The translations under genes and the position numbers were made by a program. A DNA stretch of 64,000 nt from an uncultured Acidobacteriota bacterium (GTDB lineage: Bacteria; Acidobacteriota; Thermoanaerobaculia; Gp7-AA8): assembly GCA_963822445.1 (NCBI GenBank), contig CAWGHO010000001.1, positions 1,024,001-1,088,000 on the forward strand, read 5' to 3'. Within the stretch, counting starts at the first letter, position 1, and the number at the start of each line of letters is the position of its first letter. The notes beneath the pieces were generated by a model. It did not search any database, was not told the DNA's origin, and worked only from the letters and a program-made list of their open reading frames with translations. Below, in pieces: positions 8,654 to 18,675 of the stretch.

Positions 8654-9669
8654 AGGTGGCCATCCTCTACAACACGTTCGAGGGGTACGAGGAGTATCCC
8701 GGCGCGAACGCGGAAGCAGCTTCGGCTTCGACGAAGAAACCGAAGAAGAAAAAGAAGACCGATCTCGAAGCCATCAGCGACGCGCTGCGCGAGCTCGGTC
8801 ACGAGCCGGAGACGTTTCCGATCGACGGACGGCGGCAGACGCTGACCACGCTCGCCCGCGCGGACATGGATCTCTGTTTCAACCTCGTCGAGTCGTATGC
8901 CGGCGAGGACTCGATGGAGATGCATTTCGCCGCGTTTCTCGATCTGGTCGGGAAGAAGTACACCGGCGCGGGGCCGCACGGGTCGTTCCTGGCGATGGAC
9001 AAGAGCATCGCCAAAAAGATCATGCGCTACCACGACATCCACACCCCTTTCTCCGCGGTCGTCGATCGCGGCCGCCTCGAGCACGCGCAGGACATCGCCT
9101 TTCCGGTCATCGTGAAGCCCGCGGCCGAGGACGCATCGAAAGGCATCGACGCGAGCTCGGTGGTGAGCTCGATCAAGGAGCTGTTCGAGCGCATTTCCTA
9201 CATTCACGACGAGTTCGACTCGGCGGTGCTGATCGAGGAGTACATCGAGGGCCGCGAGATCTACGCCGCAGTCCTCGGCAACGCGAAGCCGGAAGCGCTG
9301 CCGCTGGTCGAGCTCGATCTGTCGAAGCTTCCCGAGGGCATGCCCAGGATCGCCGGGTACGAAGTGAAGTTCGACGTGAATACCGAGGCCTACCGGAAGA
9401 CGAAGTCGGCGCCGGCGCGGGATCTCGATGAGGAGACCACGTCACGCATTCACGAAGCCGCGATCGGCGCGTATCGCGCGCTCAAGCTCCGCGACTACGG
9501 CCGCATCGATCTGCGTCTCGCGGCGAACGGCAAGATGTACGTGATCGAGGCGAACCCGAATCCCTGGCTCGATCCGGCCGCGGAGTTCACCATGGCCGCG
9601 AAGGAAAGCGGCCGGTCGTACACGCAGTTGATCGGGGAGATCGTGGAACTGGCGATGGCGCGGTATTGA
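8650..9669 (+). CDS. D-Ala-D-Ala ligase-like ATP-grasp enzyme
   Basis: MDKSIAK, FPVIVKP, EEYIEGRE, RIDLRL and EANPNP motifs. ATGA overlap with the peptidase gene. Confidence 0.85.
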   Translation: MKVAILYNTFEGYEEYPGANAEAASASTKKPKKKKKTDLEAISDALRELGHEPETFPIDGRRQTLTTLARADMDLCFNLVESYAGEDSMEMHFAAFLDLVGKKYTGAGPHGSFLAMDKSIAKKIMRYHDIHTPFSAVVDRGRLEHAQDIAFPVIVKPAAEDASKGIDASSVVSSIKELFERISYIHDEFDSAVLIEEYIEGREIYAAVLGNAKPEALPLVELDLSKLPEGMPRIAGYEVKFDVNTEAYRKTKSAPARDLDEETTSRIHEAAIGAYRALKLRDYGRIDLRLAANGKMYVIEANPNPWLDPAAEFTMAAKESGRSYTQLIGEIVELAMARY

Positions 9670-9737
9670 ACGTAGAGCAGACACTCCTGTCTGCTCCGTT
9701 TGCCTTGAACGCAGACAGGAGTGTCTGCTCTACGTTC
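9668..9737. repeat. REP-like inverted repeat (GTAG-type doublet)
   Basis: 27-nt perfect arms GAACGTAGAGCAGACACTCCTGTCTGC and its reverse complement, between convergent stops. Confidence 0.8.
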
Positions 9738-10965
9738 GAATCCGGCCCGGATACTTCTGCAAAGCCGCACGCAACACTTCGATCGACGCGCGCAGGTCGT
9801 CCTCTTTGAGCACGTACGCGATCCGCACTTCGCTCTTTCCGAGCGGCGACGCGTAGAACCCGCTGGCCGGCGCGAGCATCACCGTCGCCTTCTCGTGCTC
9901 GAACTCGGAAAGCAGCCAGATCGCGAAATCGTCCGCGTCCGCGACCGGCAGTTTGGCCACGCAGTAAAACGCCCCTTCCGGTTTCGAGAGGAAGACGCCG
10001 GGGATCGACGTCAGCCCTTCGTAGAGCACGTCGCGGCGGCGCTGATACTCGGTGACGACGCCGCTGGTGTATTCGTCGCCGAGGGTTTCGGCGCCGACGG
10101 CGATGAACTGGGCGAGCCCCGGCGGTGAGAGTCGCCCCTGGGCCATGCGCAGCGCGGAGTCGTAGATCTCGGCATTGCGGGTGACGAGCGATCCAAGTCG
10201 GATGCCGCAGGCGCTGTAGCGCTTGGAGAGACTGTCGACGACGACCACCAGGTCGTCCATGCCCTGCAGTTCCAGCGCGCTGACGGCCTTGCGCCCGTCG
10301 TAGACGAACTCGCGATACACCTCGTCGGACACGAGAAAGAGTCCATGCTCGCGGCAGAACGCGGCCACCATCTCCAGCTCTTCACGTTTGAAAACGGTCC
10401 CCGTCGGATTGCTCGGATTGCAGACGATGACGATGCGAGTGCGCGGCGTGAGCGCCCGCTCCCAGACGTCGCGCGGCGGCAGATGGAAGCCGTCGCGGCC
10501 GCGGCTCGTGACCGGGACGATGTTGAGTCCGGCCATGGTCGCGAAGGCGCGATAGTTCGCGTAAAACGGCTCGATGACCAGCACGTCATCGCCTTCGTTC
10601 GCGCAGGCGATGAAGGCGAAGAGGATCGCTTCGCTGCCGCCGGTCGTGGCCAGGATCTGATTCGTTTCGAGGTTCAGCCCGACCCGCTTTTCGTAGTAGC
10701 GCTTGAGCGAGCGGATGAACTCCGGCGTTCCGGTGGAAGGCGAATATTCGAGCACCCGCGAGTCGATCTGCTTGAGCCGGTCGCGGATGCAGGCCGGCGT
10801 TTCGATGTCCGGCTGGCCGATGTTGAGGTGGTAGACGCGCGTTCCCCGCGCCTTGGCCGCTTCGGCCAAAGGCGCGAGTTTACGGATGGGCGAGGCAGGC
10901 ATGGCCAACGCGCGCCGGGACAGCATCGGCGCGCGGCCGGTCTCGAGCTCGTGAAGCGACGTCAT
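9730..10965 (-). CDS. PLP-dependent class I/II aminotransferase (aspartate aminotransferase-like)
   Basis: LNIGQPD, NPSNPTG, SDEVY and DSLSKRY (PLP-binding Lys) motifs. Confidence 0.92.
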   Translation of the reverse strand: MTSLHELETGRAPMLSRRALAMPASPIRKLAPLAEAAKARGTRVYHLNIGQPDIETPACIRDRLKQIDSRVLEYSPSTGTPEFIRSLKRYYEKRVGLNLETNQILATTGGSEAILFAFIACANEGDDVLVIEPFYANYRAFATMAGLNIVPVTSRGRDGFHLPPRDVWERALTPRTRIVIVCNPSNPTGTVFKREELEMVAAFCREHGLFLVSDEVYREFVYDGRKAVSALELQGMDDLVVVVDSLSKRYSACGIRLGSLVTRNAEIYDSALRMAQGRLSPPGLAQFIAVGAETLGDEYTSGVVTEYQRRRDVLYEGLTSIPGVFLSKPEGAFYCVAKLPVADADDFAIWLLSEFEHEKATVMLAPASGFYASPLGKSEVRIAYVLKEDDLRASIEVLRAALQKYPGRIRT

Positions 10966-11139
10966 CTATTTCTTTTTGGCCGATCGTTTGACCGCGGGAT
11001 GGTCCTTCTTGTCGTTCTGCGGGAGAGGGTCGCGGTCCTGCCCGAGGTTGTTCCCCAGCGCGTCGCCACGGTCGGGCCCGTCAGTCTGGCTGCGGCCGCC
11101 AATCTTGTAAAAGTCCTGGTTTGGATTCTGTTTGCTCAT
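10966..11139 (-). CDS. Small hydrophilic hypothetical protein (57 aa, absent from the ORF track)
   Basis: Translated by hand: MSKQNPNQDFYKIGGRSQTDGPDRG...KRSAKKK. Its stop abuts the aminotransferase ATG and a sigma54-like motif lies upstream. Confidence 0.6.
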   Translation of the reverse strand: MSKQNPNQDFYKIGGRSQTDGPDRGDALGNNLGQDRDPLPQNDKKDHPAVKRSAKKK

Positions 11140-11151
11140 GGGGCTGGATGG

Positions 11152-11167
11152 TGCGAAGGATGTGCCG
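11152..11167 (-). promoter_or_regulatory. sigma54-type promoter candidate
   Basis: Minus strand CGGCACATCCTTCGCA = GG-N10-GC. Confidence 0.6.
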
Positions 11168-11259
11168 TTACGGGGTCGCGGGGTTACGGGGTTTCGAGGT
11201 ATCGGTCTCGCGACGAGACAGCATCACCTCGTAACCCCGCAACCCCGAAACCCCGTAAC
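11167..11259. repeat. Inverted pair of 8-mer tandem repeats (GGGGTTAC/GTAACCCC)
   Basis: About four degenerate units on each arm, intergenic. Confidence 0.8.
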
Positions 11260-11261
11260 CG

Positions 11262-13454
11262 TCACTTCAGCAACTCCCTCCTGATGAAATCCAGCATCAA
11301 CCCCTGCAGATGAAACTGCGTCTTCTTGTTCGTCACCGAATGCCGGGTTTTCGGATAGATCATCATCTCGAACGGTTTGCCGTGTTGCACCAGCTCGTGC
11401 GCGAACTGCATCGTGTTCTGTACGTGCACGTTGTCGTCGGTCGCGCCGTGAATGAGCAGCAGCTTGCCGTGGAGATTCTTCGCGGCGAAGCGCGGTGACG
11501 CGTTCTCATAGCCGTCGGGGTTGTTCTGGGGCGTGAGCATGTAGCGCTCGGTGTAGATCGAGTCGTAATCACGCCAGTCGGTGACCGAGCCGCCGGCGAT
11601 TCCCGCCGAGAACGAAGTGCTGTGGGTCATCGCGTACGTGACCATGAATCCGCCGTAGCTCCAGCCGCTGAGCATGAAGCGGCTGCCGTCGACATACGGT
11701 TGCTGCTTCAGCCAGGCGGTCGAGTCTTCGAGATCGCGCAGCTCGCTCGCGCCGAGGTTCTTGTACGCCTCCCAGGTCGAGGCCGCGCCCTTGCCACTGG
11801 CCGTGCGGTTGTCGCACACCCAGACGATCACCCCCTGCTGGGCGATGAGCTGGTGAAACATGCCGCGCGTGCTGCCCCAGGCGTTGCGCACGCTCTGCGC
11901 GTGCGGACCGCCGTACAGGTACTGATAGACGGGGTACTTCTTCGACGGATCGAAGTTCGGCGGCTTGATCATCATCGCTTCCATGACGAAGCCGTCGCGG
12001 GTCTTGACCTGCATGAACTCCGCGTTCGCGAGCTGGTATTCGGCGAGCGCGGGTACGCGGTTTTCCTCGACGACGTGCACGACCTTGCCGTCGTTGCGAT
12101 GCACGCGGACCTGATCGGGCGTCCGGATGTCGTTCCACTTGCCGACGTAATGCGTCATCGACGCGTTGAACGTCGCCGAATTCGTCCCAGCCTCGGAGGA
12201 AAGCCGCTGCAGCCCTGTTCCGTTGAGGCGGATGCGATAGATGTCACCGCCGATGTGCGACCGCTCGGTGCCTGAAAAGTAGGCGTATGTTCCGTCGGTT
12301 CCGTGGAGGTCTCGCGCTTCCCACTCGCCGTTCGTCACCTGGCGGATCAGCGTGCCGTCGGCTTTGTAGTGGTAGATGTGCCGCCAGCCGCTGCGCTCGG
12401 ACAGCCAGAGGAACGTGCCGTCTTTGAGCCAGACCGGATTGCCGAGGGCTTCGACCTGGGCTTTGGTGGTTTCGCGGAAGAGCGTGCGGGATTTTCCGTC
12501 AGCATCCGCGGCGACGAGATCGAGCCAGCTCTGTTCGCGATTCTGAACCTCATACACCAGCGTCTTTCCGTCGGCGGTCCAGGCCACGTTGACGATGAGG
12601 AACTCGCCGCCGTCGTAGCGCGCGAGATCGACGTCGACGATCTTGCCACCCGCGGCCAGCGCGACCTTGAGCGCGACGCGCGGATTGGGATCGCCCGCTT
12701 TCGGATAGGGATAGACATTGAGGTCCGCGCGATACGGGATGTCGTCGACGACCGTGTACTCCGGCACCGGCGTCTCATCGAGCTGCAGGAAGGCGATGCG
12801 CGTCGAATCGGGACTCCACCAGTATCCCTTCCACGTTCCGCGGCCGTAGATCTCCTCCTGGTAAACCCAGTCGAGCTTTCCGTTGAGCTTCTTCGCGCTG
12901 CCGTCCGTGGTCAGCCGCCGCTCCTGGCCGGCGAGATCGGTCACGAACAGGTCGTTGTTTCGCACGAACGCCACGCGCTGCCCGTCGGGACTGAAGGTCG
13001 CCTCTTCCTCTTCACCCGGCGTGGATGTGAGTCGCCTGGCCGTGCCGCCGGTGAAGGAGTACAGATAGATGTCGTCGGCGATGTCGAGCAGCACCGCGGT
13101 CTTCTTCGCGTCGAACACCAGGTCGCTCGACTCTGCCGCTTCCATGGCCGCCTTCGTGGCCAATCCCGTTCCCTCCAGCGCTTGGGCAACCTTGGCGCGA
13201 TTGATCAAGGGCCGCTGTTTGCCGGTGGTGACGTCGAACAGCCGCCACTCCACGAATGTCCCCTGCTCGTTCTTTTTCGGCCAGATGAACGTGGTGTCGT
13301 CGATCCAGTCGAAACCGCTCTGAATGGCGCCGCTGAAGAGCACTCTCGTGGTGGGGTCGTAGACCGCCTCGAGGGTGATCTCCTTTTTCTGAGCGGCGAG
13401 CGGTGTGACGAGGAGGAGGAGGAAGAAAAGAGGTGCAATGGTCGGTCGGCGCAT
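11262..13454 (-). CDS. S9B dipeptidyl peptidase IV-like serine peptidase
   Basis: Signal peptide, DWVYQEE, YPKAGDPN, GWSYGG nucleophile motif, DDNVH. Confidence 0.93.
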   Translation of the reverse strand: MRRPTIAPLFFLLLLVTPLAAQKKEITLEAVYDPTTRVLFSGAIQSGFDWIDDTTFIWPKKNEQGTFVEWRLFDVTTGKQRPLINRAKVAQALEGTGLATKAAMEAAESSDLVFDAKKTAVLLDIADDIYLYSFTGGTARRLTSTPGEEEEATFSPDGQRVAFVRNNDLFVTDLAGQERRLTTDGSAKKLNGKLDWVYQEEIYGRGTWKGYWWSPDSTRIAFLQLDETPVPEYTVVDDIPYRADLNVYPYPKAGDPNPRVALKVALAAGGKIVDVDLARYDGGEFLIVNVAWTADGKTLVYEVQNREQSWLDLVAADADGKSRTLFRETTKAQVEALGNPVWLKDGTFLWLSERSGWRHIYHYKADGTLIRQVTNGEWEARDLHGTDGTYAYFSGTERSHIGGDIYRIRLNGTGLQRLSSEAGTNSATFNASMTHYVGKWNDIRTPDQVRVHRNDGKVVHVVEENRVPALAEYQLANAEFMQVKTRDGFVMEAMMIKPPNFDPSKKYPVYQYLYGGPHAQSVRNAWGSTRGMFHQLIAQQGVIVWVCDNRTASGKGAASTWEAYKNLGASELRDLEDSTAWLKQQPYVDGSRFMLSGWSYGGFMVTYAMTHSTSFSAGIAGGSVTDWRDYDSIYTERYMLTPQNNPDGYENASPRFAAKNLHGKLLLIHGATDDNVHVQNTMQFAHELVQHGKPFEMMIYPKTRHSVTNKKTQFHLQGLMLDFIRRELLK

Positions 13455-13485
13455 GCGCGCGCGAGTCTATCTATACTGAGCTGCC

Positions 13486-14205
13486 ATGCGGAAACTCGCC
13501 GTCATTGCCTTGCTCTGGGCGTCTCTGGCCCACGCGCAGATCTCGCAGAAGCCGCCCGATCTGGTCGTGCCGATCGTCGGCTCGACCGCGGGGCAGTCCG
13601 GCGCGAGCTTCAAGACGGAACTGCAGCTTGCGAACGCGACCGACACCCCGATCGAAGGGTGGCTGGTCCTGCAGCCCACGAATACCGCGCGCCGCTACGA
13701 GCTTCCGCCCGGCGCCACGCTTTCCTTCGCCGACGTGGTCGCGGAGATGGGCGTCACCGGCCTAGGGTCGCTGGACATCCTCGTCGACCGCGGCGCGCTT
13801 CCCATCGTGGTCGCCCGCGCGTACGACGATCAGCCTTCCGGCACGACCGGCGTCACCGTTCCGGCGATCCGGTCCATCGATATCCTCTCCCGCAACGACG
13901 TCTCCGCGCTGATCGTGCCCCGTGACCTGACCCGCTATCGCTTCAACATCGGCGTCCGCGCCCTCGGCACGGGCACATCGATCGACATCGCCGTTCGCAC
14001 TCCCGCCGGAACCGAGCGGCATTACGCGAGCTTCGTCCTGCAACCGAATCACTTCGCGCAGACGCCCGCCGACCTCTTCACCGGAACGACGCTGAGCGCG
14101 AACGAATCGATCGAGGTAAAGATCACCGCCGGCAGCGCGATCGTGTACGCGACGACGGTCGACAACCGGACGAACGACTCGTCGATTCAGGTGTTGAGGA
14201 AGTAG
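13486..14205 (+). CDS. Secreted hypothetical protein
   Basis: Signal peptide (AHA|Q), beta-rich, with VPIVGSTAG..FKTEL, RFNIG and VDNRTND segments. Confidence 0.75.
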   Translation: MRKLAVIALLWASLAHAQISQKPPDLVVPIVGSTAGQSGASFKTELQLANATDTPIEGWLVLQPTNTARRYELPPGATLSFADVVAEMGVTGLGSLDILVDRGALPIVVARAYDDQPSGTTGVTVPAIRSIDILSRNDVSALIVPRDLTRYRFNIGVRALGTGTSIDIAVRTPAGTERHYASFVLQPNHFAQTPADLFTGTTLSANESIEVKITAGSAIVYATTVDNRTNDSSIQVLRK

Positions 14206-14206
14206 C

Positions 14207-14515
14207 GTGGAGACGCATCAGGACATCGACCGGCGAAGCCTGGAGATGGCGCGCCAGATCGTTGCGAAGATCGACGGCGACCCGCATCGGGCCGGGCTCG
14301 AGCGTGCGAAGCGCGTCTGCCAACGATGGGTCGAGATTGGCAATGTTCCGGCGAGGGAGTGGCTGAAGCTTCTCGAACGGCCGTGGGAAGAAGTGCGAGC
14401 GATCCTTCTGGATGAAAGTGATGAGGGACAGAGGCTTCGCCAGAATGATCCTTTCTGCGGCATCCTCACCCCCATCGAGCGGTGGCAAATTTATCGGAAG
14501 GCATCGGGCAAATGA
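14207..14515 (+). CDS. Hypothetical protein, putative partner/antitoxin of the downstream nucleotidyltransferase
   Basis: RLRQNDPFCGIL motif; stop overlaps the next ATG. Confidence 0.7.
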   Translation: METHQDIDRRSLEMARQIVAKIDGDPHRAGLERAKRVCQRWVEIGNVPAREWLKLLERPWEEVRAILLDESDEGQRLRQNDPFCGILTPIERWQIYRKASGK

Positions 14516-15048
14516 AGCGGAGTGAGCTCGAGCATGTCTTGCGCGCCGCAGGTGCGATCACCGGCATAAACGAGTGGGTAGTCATCGGCAGTCAGGCAAT
14601 CCTCGGCGCGCGCCCGGACGCGCCTGAAGAAGTCGTCGTGTCGCAGGAAGTCGACCTCTACGCCCCCGACGACGAAAGCGCGAGTGATCTCATCGACGGA
14701 TCGATCGGAGAAAAATCGCCTTTCCACGACACGTTCGGCTACTACGCGCACGGCGTAGGTCCGCGAACGGCCGTGTTACCTCGGGAGTGGCGCAGCCGTG
14801 CGAGCGTGATTCGCTCGGACGAGACACGCGGCGTCACCGGTCTCTGCCCCGATCCGGCGGACCTCGCGGTGAGCAAACTGGCGGCTTGGCGCGAGAAGGA
14901 CCAGTCCTTCGTTCAAGCCCTGTTACGTCATCGGCTCACTACTTCACACGAGATCGAATCGCGCCTCGGCGAGCTTGATCCCGGAACGGCCGCACGGGTA
15001 CGCCCCCGCCTCGCTTCCGCCATCGCCGGCGTTCAAGGCCTCCGCTAA
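14512..15048 (+). CDS. DUF6036-like nucleotidyltransferase-fold protein
   Basis: VIGSQAI, SQEVD and DLAVSKLAAWREKD motifs. Confidence 0.75.
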   Translation: MKRSELEHVLRAAGAITGINEWVVIGSQAILGARPDAPEEVVVSQEVDLYAPDDESASDLIDGSIGEKSPFHDTFGYYAHGVGPRTAVLPREWRSRASVIRSDETRGVTGLCPDPADLAVSKLAAWREKDQSFVQALLRHRLTTSHEIESRLGELDPGTAARVRPRLASAIAGVQGLR

Positions 15049-15092
15049 CCTTTCCCACCCACCCGCGTATTGACTGTTCGGGAGACCTCCGA

Positions 15093-15584
15093 ATGCGCAC
15101 GCTCGTCCTGATCCTCTGTTCGATCCTCATCGCTCTGCCGGTCGCGGCGGGCACGACCTCGCTGCAGATCACCCGTAACGACGAGGACAGCTTCGCGAAG
15201 TGGGAGCGGAACGGCGTCCGCTACATCACGCACGACCAATCGGTCCTCGCCGCGATCGACCGTCTCGTCGAGCAGCGGCGCGCCCACGCCGACCTGGGCC
15301 GCAGACACGCCGACCTGGGCCGCGACTACGCCGCACACGGCCGCGAGCACGCCCGCCTTGCGCGCGAACATGCTCGTGCAAGCAATGGCCGGAAGAGCGA
15401 GATCGAAGCTGACCTGCGCGCGATCGAGCGCAAACAGCGCGAGCTCGAGAGCCGCCGTAACCGGCTGGAGCTGGAGCGAAAGCAGCTCGAAAAGACGCGC
15501 GACTCGTCCCGCGACACCTTCGACGACAGGATGGACGAGCTCTTCGAGCGCGCCGTTCGCGAAGGCAAGGCCAAGCGGCGTTAG
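15093..15584 (+). CDS. Secreted coiled-coil hypothetical protein
   Basis: Signal peptide and heptad repeats (HADLGR, HARLAR). Confidence 0.7.
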   Translation: MRTLVLILCSILIALPVAAGTTSLQITRNDEDSFAKWERNGVRYITHDQSVLAAIDRLVEQRRAHADLGRRHADLGRDYAAHGREHARLAREHARASNGRKSEIEADLRAIERKQRELESRRNRLELERKQLEKTRDSSRDTFDDRMDELFERAVREGKAKRR

Positions 15585-15600
15585 CGGGAAGCGGCGGCCG

Positions 15601-18466
15601 TCAGGCCGCCGCCATCAATTGCCGCAACACGAACGGCAGAATCCCGCCGTGCTCGTAGTAGTCGACCTCGATCGGCGTATCGATCCGCACGATCACCGGC
15701 ACCTCGTCCGTCGTGCCGCCACTGCGGCGGATGCGCAACGTCGCCGTCTGCCGCGGTTTGAGTACGCCCTCGATCCCCACGACGTCGAACATCTCCGTCC
15801 CGTCGAGTGAGAGCGTAGCCGCGCTGGTCCCATCCTCGAACTGCAACGGCAAGACGCCCATCCCCACGAGATTCGAGCGGTGGATCCGCTCGAAACTTTG
15901 CGCGACGACGGCGCGGACGCCGAGGAGTTTCGTGCCTTTCGCGGCCCAGTCGCGGGAACTGCCTGTGCCGTACTCGTGGCCGGCGATGACGATCAGCGGA
16001 ATGCTCTCCGTCGCGTACTTCGTCGCGGCGTCGAAGATCGACAGCTGCTCGCCTTGACGGGTAATGCACCGTCACGCCGCCTTCCACGCCGGGCACCATC
16101 AGGTTCTTGATGCGCACGTTCGCGAACGTGCCGCGGGTCATGACCCGGTCGTTGCCGCGGCGCGAGCCGTAGCTGTTGAAGTCCTGCGGATCGACGCCCT
16201 GTTCGACCAGATAGCGGCCCGCCGAGCTCGAGGCCTTGATCGAGCCGGCCGGGCTGATGTGGTCCGTCGTCACTGAATCGCCGAAGATCGCCAGCGGCCG
16301 TGCGTTCACCACGTCCGCCGCTTTTCCGGCGCTCATGCCGAAGTTCTCGAAGAACGGCGGTTCCTGGATGTACGTCGACTTGCCGTCCCAGTCATAGAGC
16401 AGGCCCGTCGACGACGGAATCTCGTTCCAGAGCGGGTTCTGATCGGCGAAGCTGCTGTACATGCGGCGGAAGTCATCCGGCGAAAGCGCGGTGCTCATGG
16501 CCTCGCGGATCTCGTCCATCGACGGCCAGATGTCGCGCAGGAAAACGTCCTCGCCGTTCGATGCCTTGCCGAGCGGCTCGCTGGTCATGTCGATGTCGAT
16601 GCGGCCGGCGATCGCGAAGGCCACCACGAGCGGCGGCGACATCAGGAAGTTCGCCTGGATCGACTGATGCACGCGGGCCTCGAAGTTGCGGTTGCCGCTG
16701 AGCACCGACACGCCGATCAGATCGTGCGCGGTGATGGCCTCCTCGATCGACGGATCGAGCGGACCGGAGTTGCCGATGCAGGTCGTGCAACCGTAGCCGA
16801 CGGTGTTGAAGCCGATGCGGTCGAGGTACTCCTGCAGGCCGGCCTTGCGCATGTACTCGGTGACGACGCGCGAGCCGGGCGCGAATGAAGTCTTCACCAC
16901 CGGCTTGATGCTCAGGCCGCGCTCGATGGCCTTCTTCGCCAGCAGACCCGCGCCGAGCATCACTGACGGGATTCGAGGTGTTCGTGCAGGACGTGATGGC
17001 GGCGATGAGCACGTCGCCGTGGTGCAGTTCCGCGCTCGTCGTCGGAATTCCATCCGCGAGCGCCTGGGCCACGACCCGGTCCGGCGTCGGGCGGTTGTTG
17101 ACCATCTCGTACTCGGTCACTTCGCTCGTGTTGCGCGTGTCCTTCGGATGCGGCAGCGCGCCCATCTCCTGCTTGCCGCCGCCGCCGACCATGGCCTCGC
17201 GGGCGACGCCGATGACCGTCTGCACTTTCCGCTCGATCTCGCCGGCCGGTTTGCCGTAGCCGTTCGGCTGCTCGGCCTGGAGCATGTTGATGAACGTCGG
17301 CTTGAGCACGTCCAGCTCGATGCGGTCCTGGGGCCGCTTCGGACCGGCCACGCTGGCGCGAACCGTCGACAGGTCGAGCGCCAGCTCTTTCGTGTAGCTG
17401 ACCTCCCCTTTCTTCGGGATGCCGAACAGCCCCTGCGCTTTGTAGTAGTTGCGGAACGTCGCGATCTGCTCCTCGGTGCGCCCGGTGAGCGCAAGGTAAC
17501 GGCAGGTCTCCTCGTCGATCGGGAAAGTAGCCCATCGTCGCCCCGTACTCCGGAGCCATGTTGGCGATGGTCGCGCGATCGGCGACGGCCAGCGACTCCG
17601 CGCCTTCGCCGAAGAACTCGACGAATTTGCCGACCACTTTCGCGTGACGCAGGAGCTGCGTGATGGTGAGCACGAGATCGGTCGCGGTCACGCCTTCCTT
17701 CAGCGAGCCGGTGAGATGCACGCCGACTACGTCCGGCGTGAGGAAGTAAACCGGCTGGCCGAGCATGCCCGCCTCTGCCTCGATTCCGCCCACGCCCCAG
17801 CCGACGATGCCCAGGCCGTTGATCATGGTGGTGTGGGAGTCGGTGCCGACGAGCGAGTCGGGATACCAGACGCCTTCCTTCTCCAGCACGCCGCGGGCGA
17901 GATACTCGAGGTTCACCTGGTGAACGATGCCGATGCCGGGAGGCACGACCTGGAATCCGTTGAACGCCTGCGTTCCCCATTTCAGAAACTGGTAGCGCTG
18001 GGCGTTGCGCTTGAACTCGATGTCCATGTTGAGCTGCAGCGCGTCGGGACGATTCGAGAAGTCGACCTGCACGGAATGGTCGATGACCAGGTCGACGGGG
18101 ACGAGCGGCTCGATGATCCGAGCGTCTTTGCCCGCGCGCTGCGCCGCGGAGCGCATGGCCGCGAGATCGACGAGCAGCGGGACGCCGGTGAAGTCCTGCA
18201 GGAGGACGCGCGCGACCATGAACGGGATCTCGTCGGTGCGCTCGCCATTGCAGGCCCAGTTCGCAAGGGTGCGTACGTCCTCTTCACGTGATCTTCTTGC
18301 CGTCGACGTTCCGCAGGACGGATTCGAGAACGATGCGGATGCTGACCGGCAGCCTGGAGATGGCCCCGATGCCGGCCTGCTCGAGTTTGGGGAGCGAGTA
18401 GAACTGGCCGCTGGAGCCGTTGCCGAGTTGAAAGGTCGAGAGAGTGTTGAAAGCGTTGTGAGGCAT
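15601..18466 (-). CDS. acnA: Aconitate hydratase A, broken by four apparent +1 frameshifts
   Basis: [59 protein letters not shown] and YYEHGGIL lie in successive frames. Shifts near 18287, 17524, 16969 and 16054. Confidence 0.93.
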
Positions 18467-18482
18467 CGGGCGGACTTTATCA

Positions 18483-18658
18483 AAAGGGGGACTCGAGGGG
18501 CCTCCGGCGGCCGGGGCCACGGGCCCCGGACCCCGCTGGTTGGCCTAGCCTCCGCGACACAGTGTCGTGCTGGGAGAAACCGTCGCGGAGGCTAGGCCAA
18601 ACCAAACGGGTCCAGGGCCCGTGGCCCTGGCCGCCGGAGGCCTCCCGTCGTCCCCTTT
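18483..18658. repeat. Long imperfect palindrome (MITE/REP-like)
   Basis: Arms of about 75 nt, e.g. GGCCTCCGGCGGCC..GGCCTAGCCTCCGCGAC vs GTCGCGGAGGCTAGGCC..GGCCGCCGGAGGCC, between divergent genes. Confidence 0.8.
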
Positions 18659-18675
18659 CGGTTAAACTTCGCCCC

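Noticed and set aside
15601-18466. acnA as a true pseudogene, programmed frameshift or UGA readthrough at 18284
   Set aside because: The TGA arises from one extra base and the protein continues in another frame. Similar indels affect unrelated genes, which favours sequencing error.
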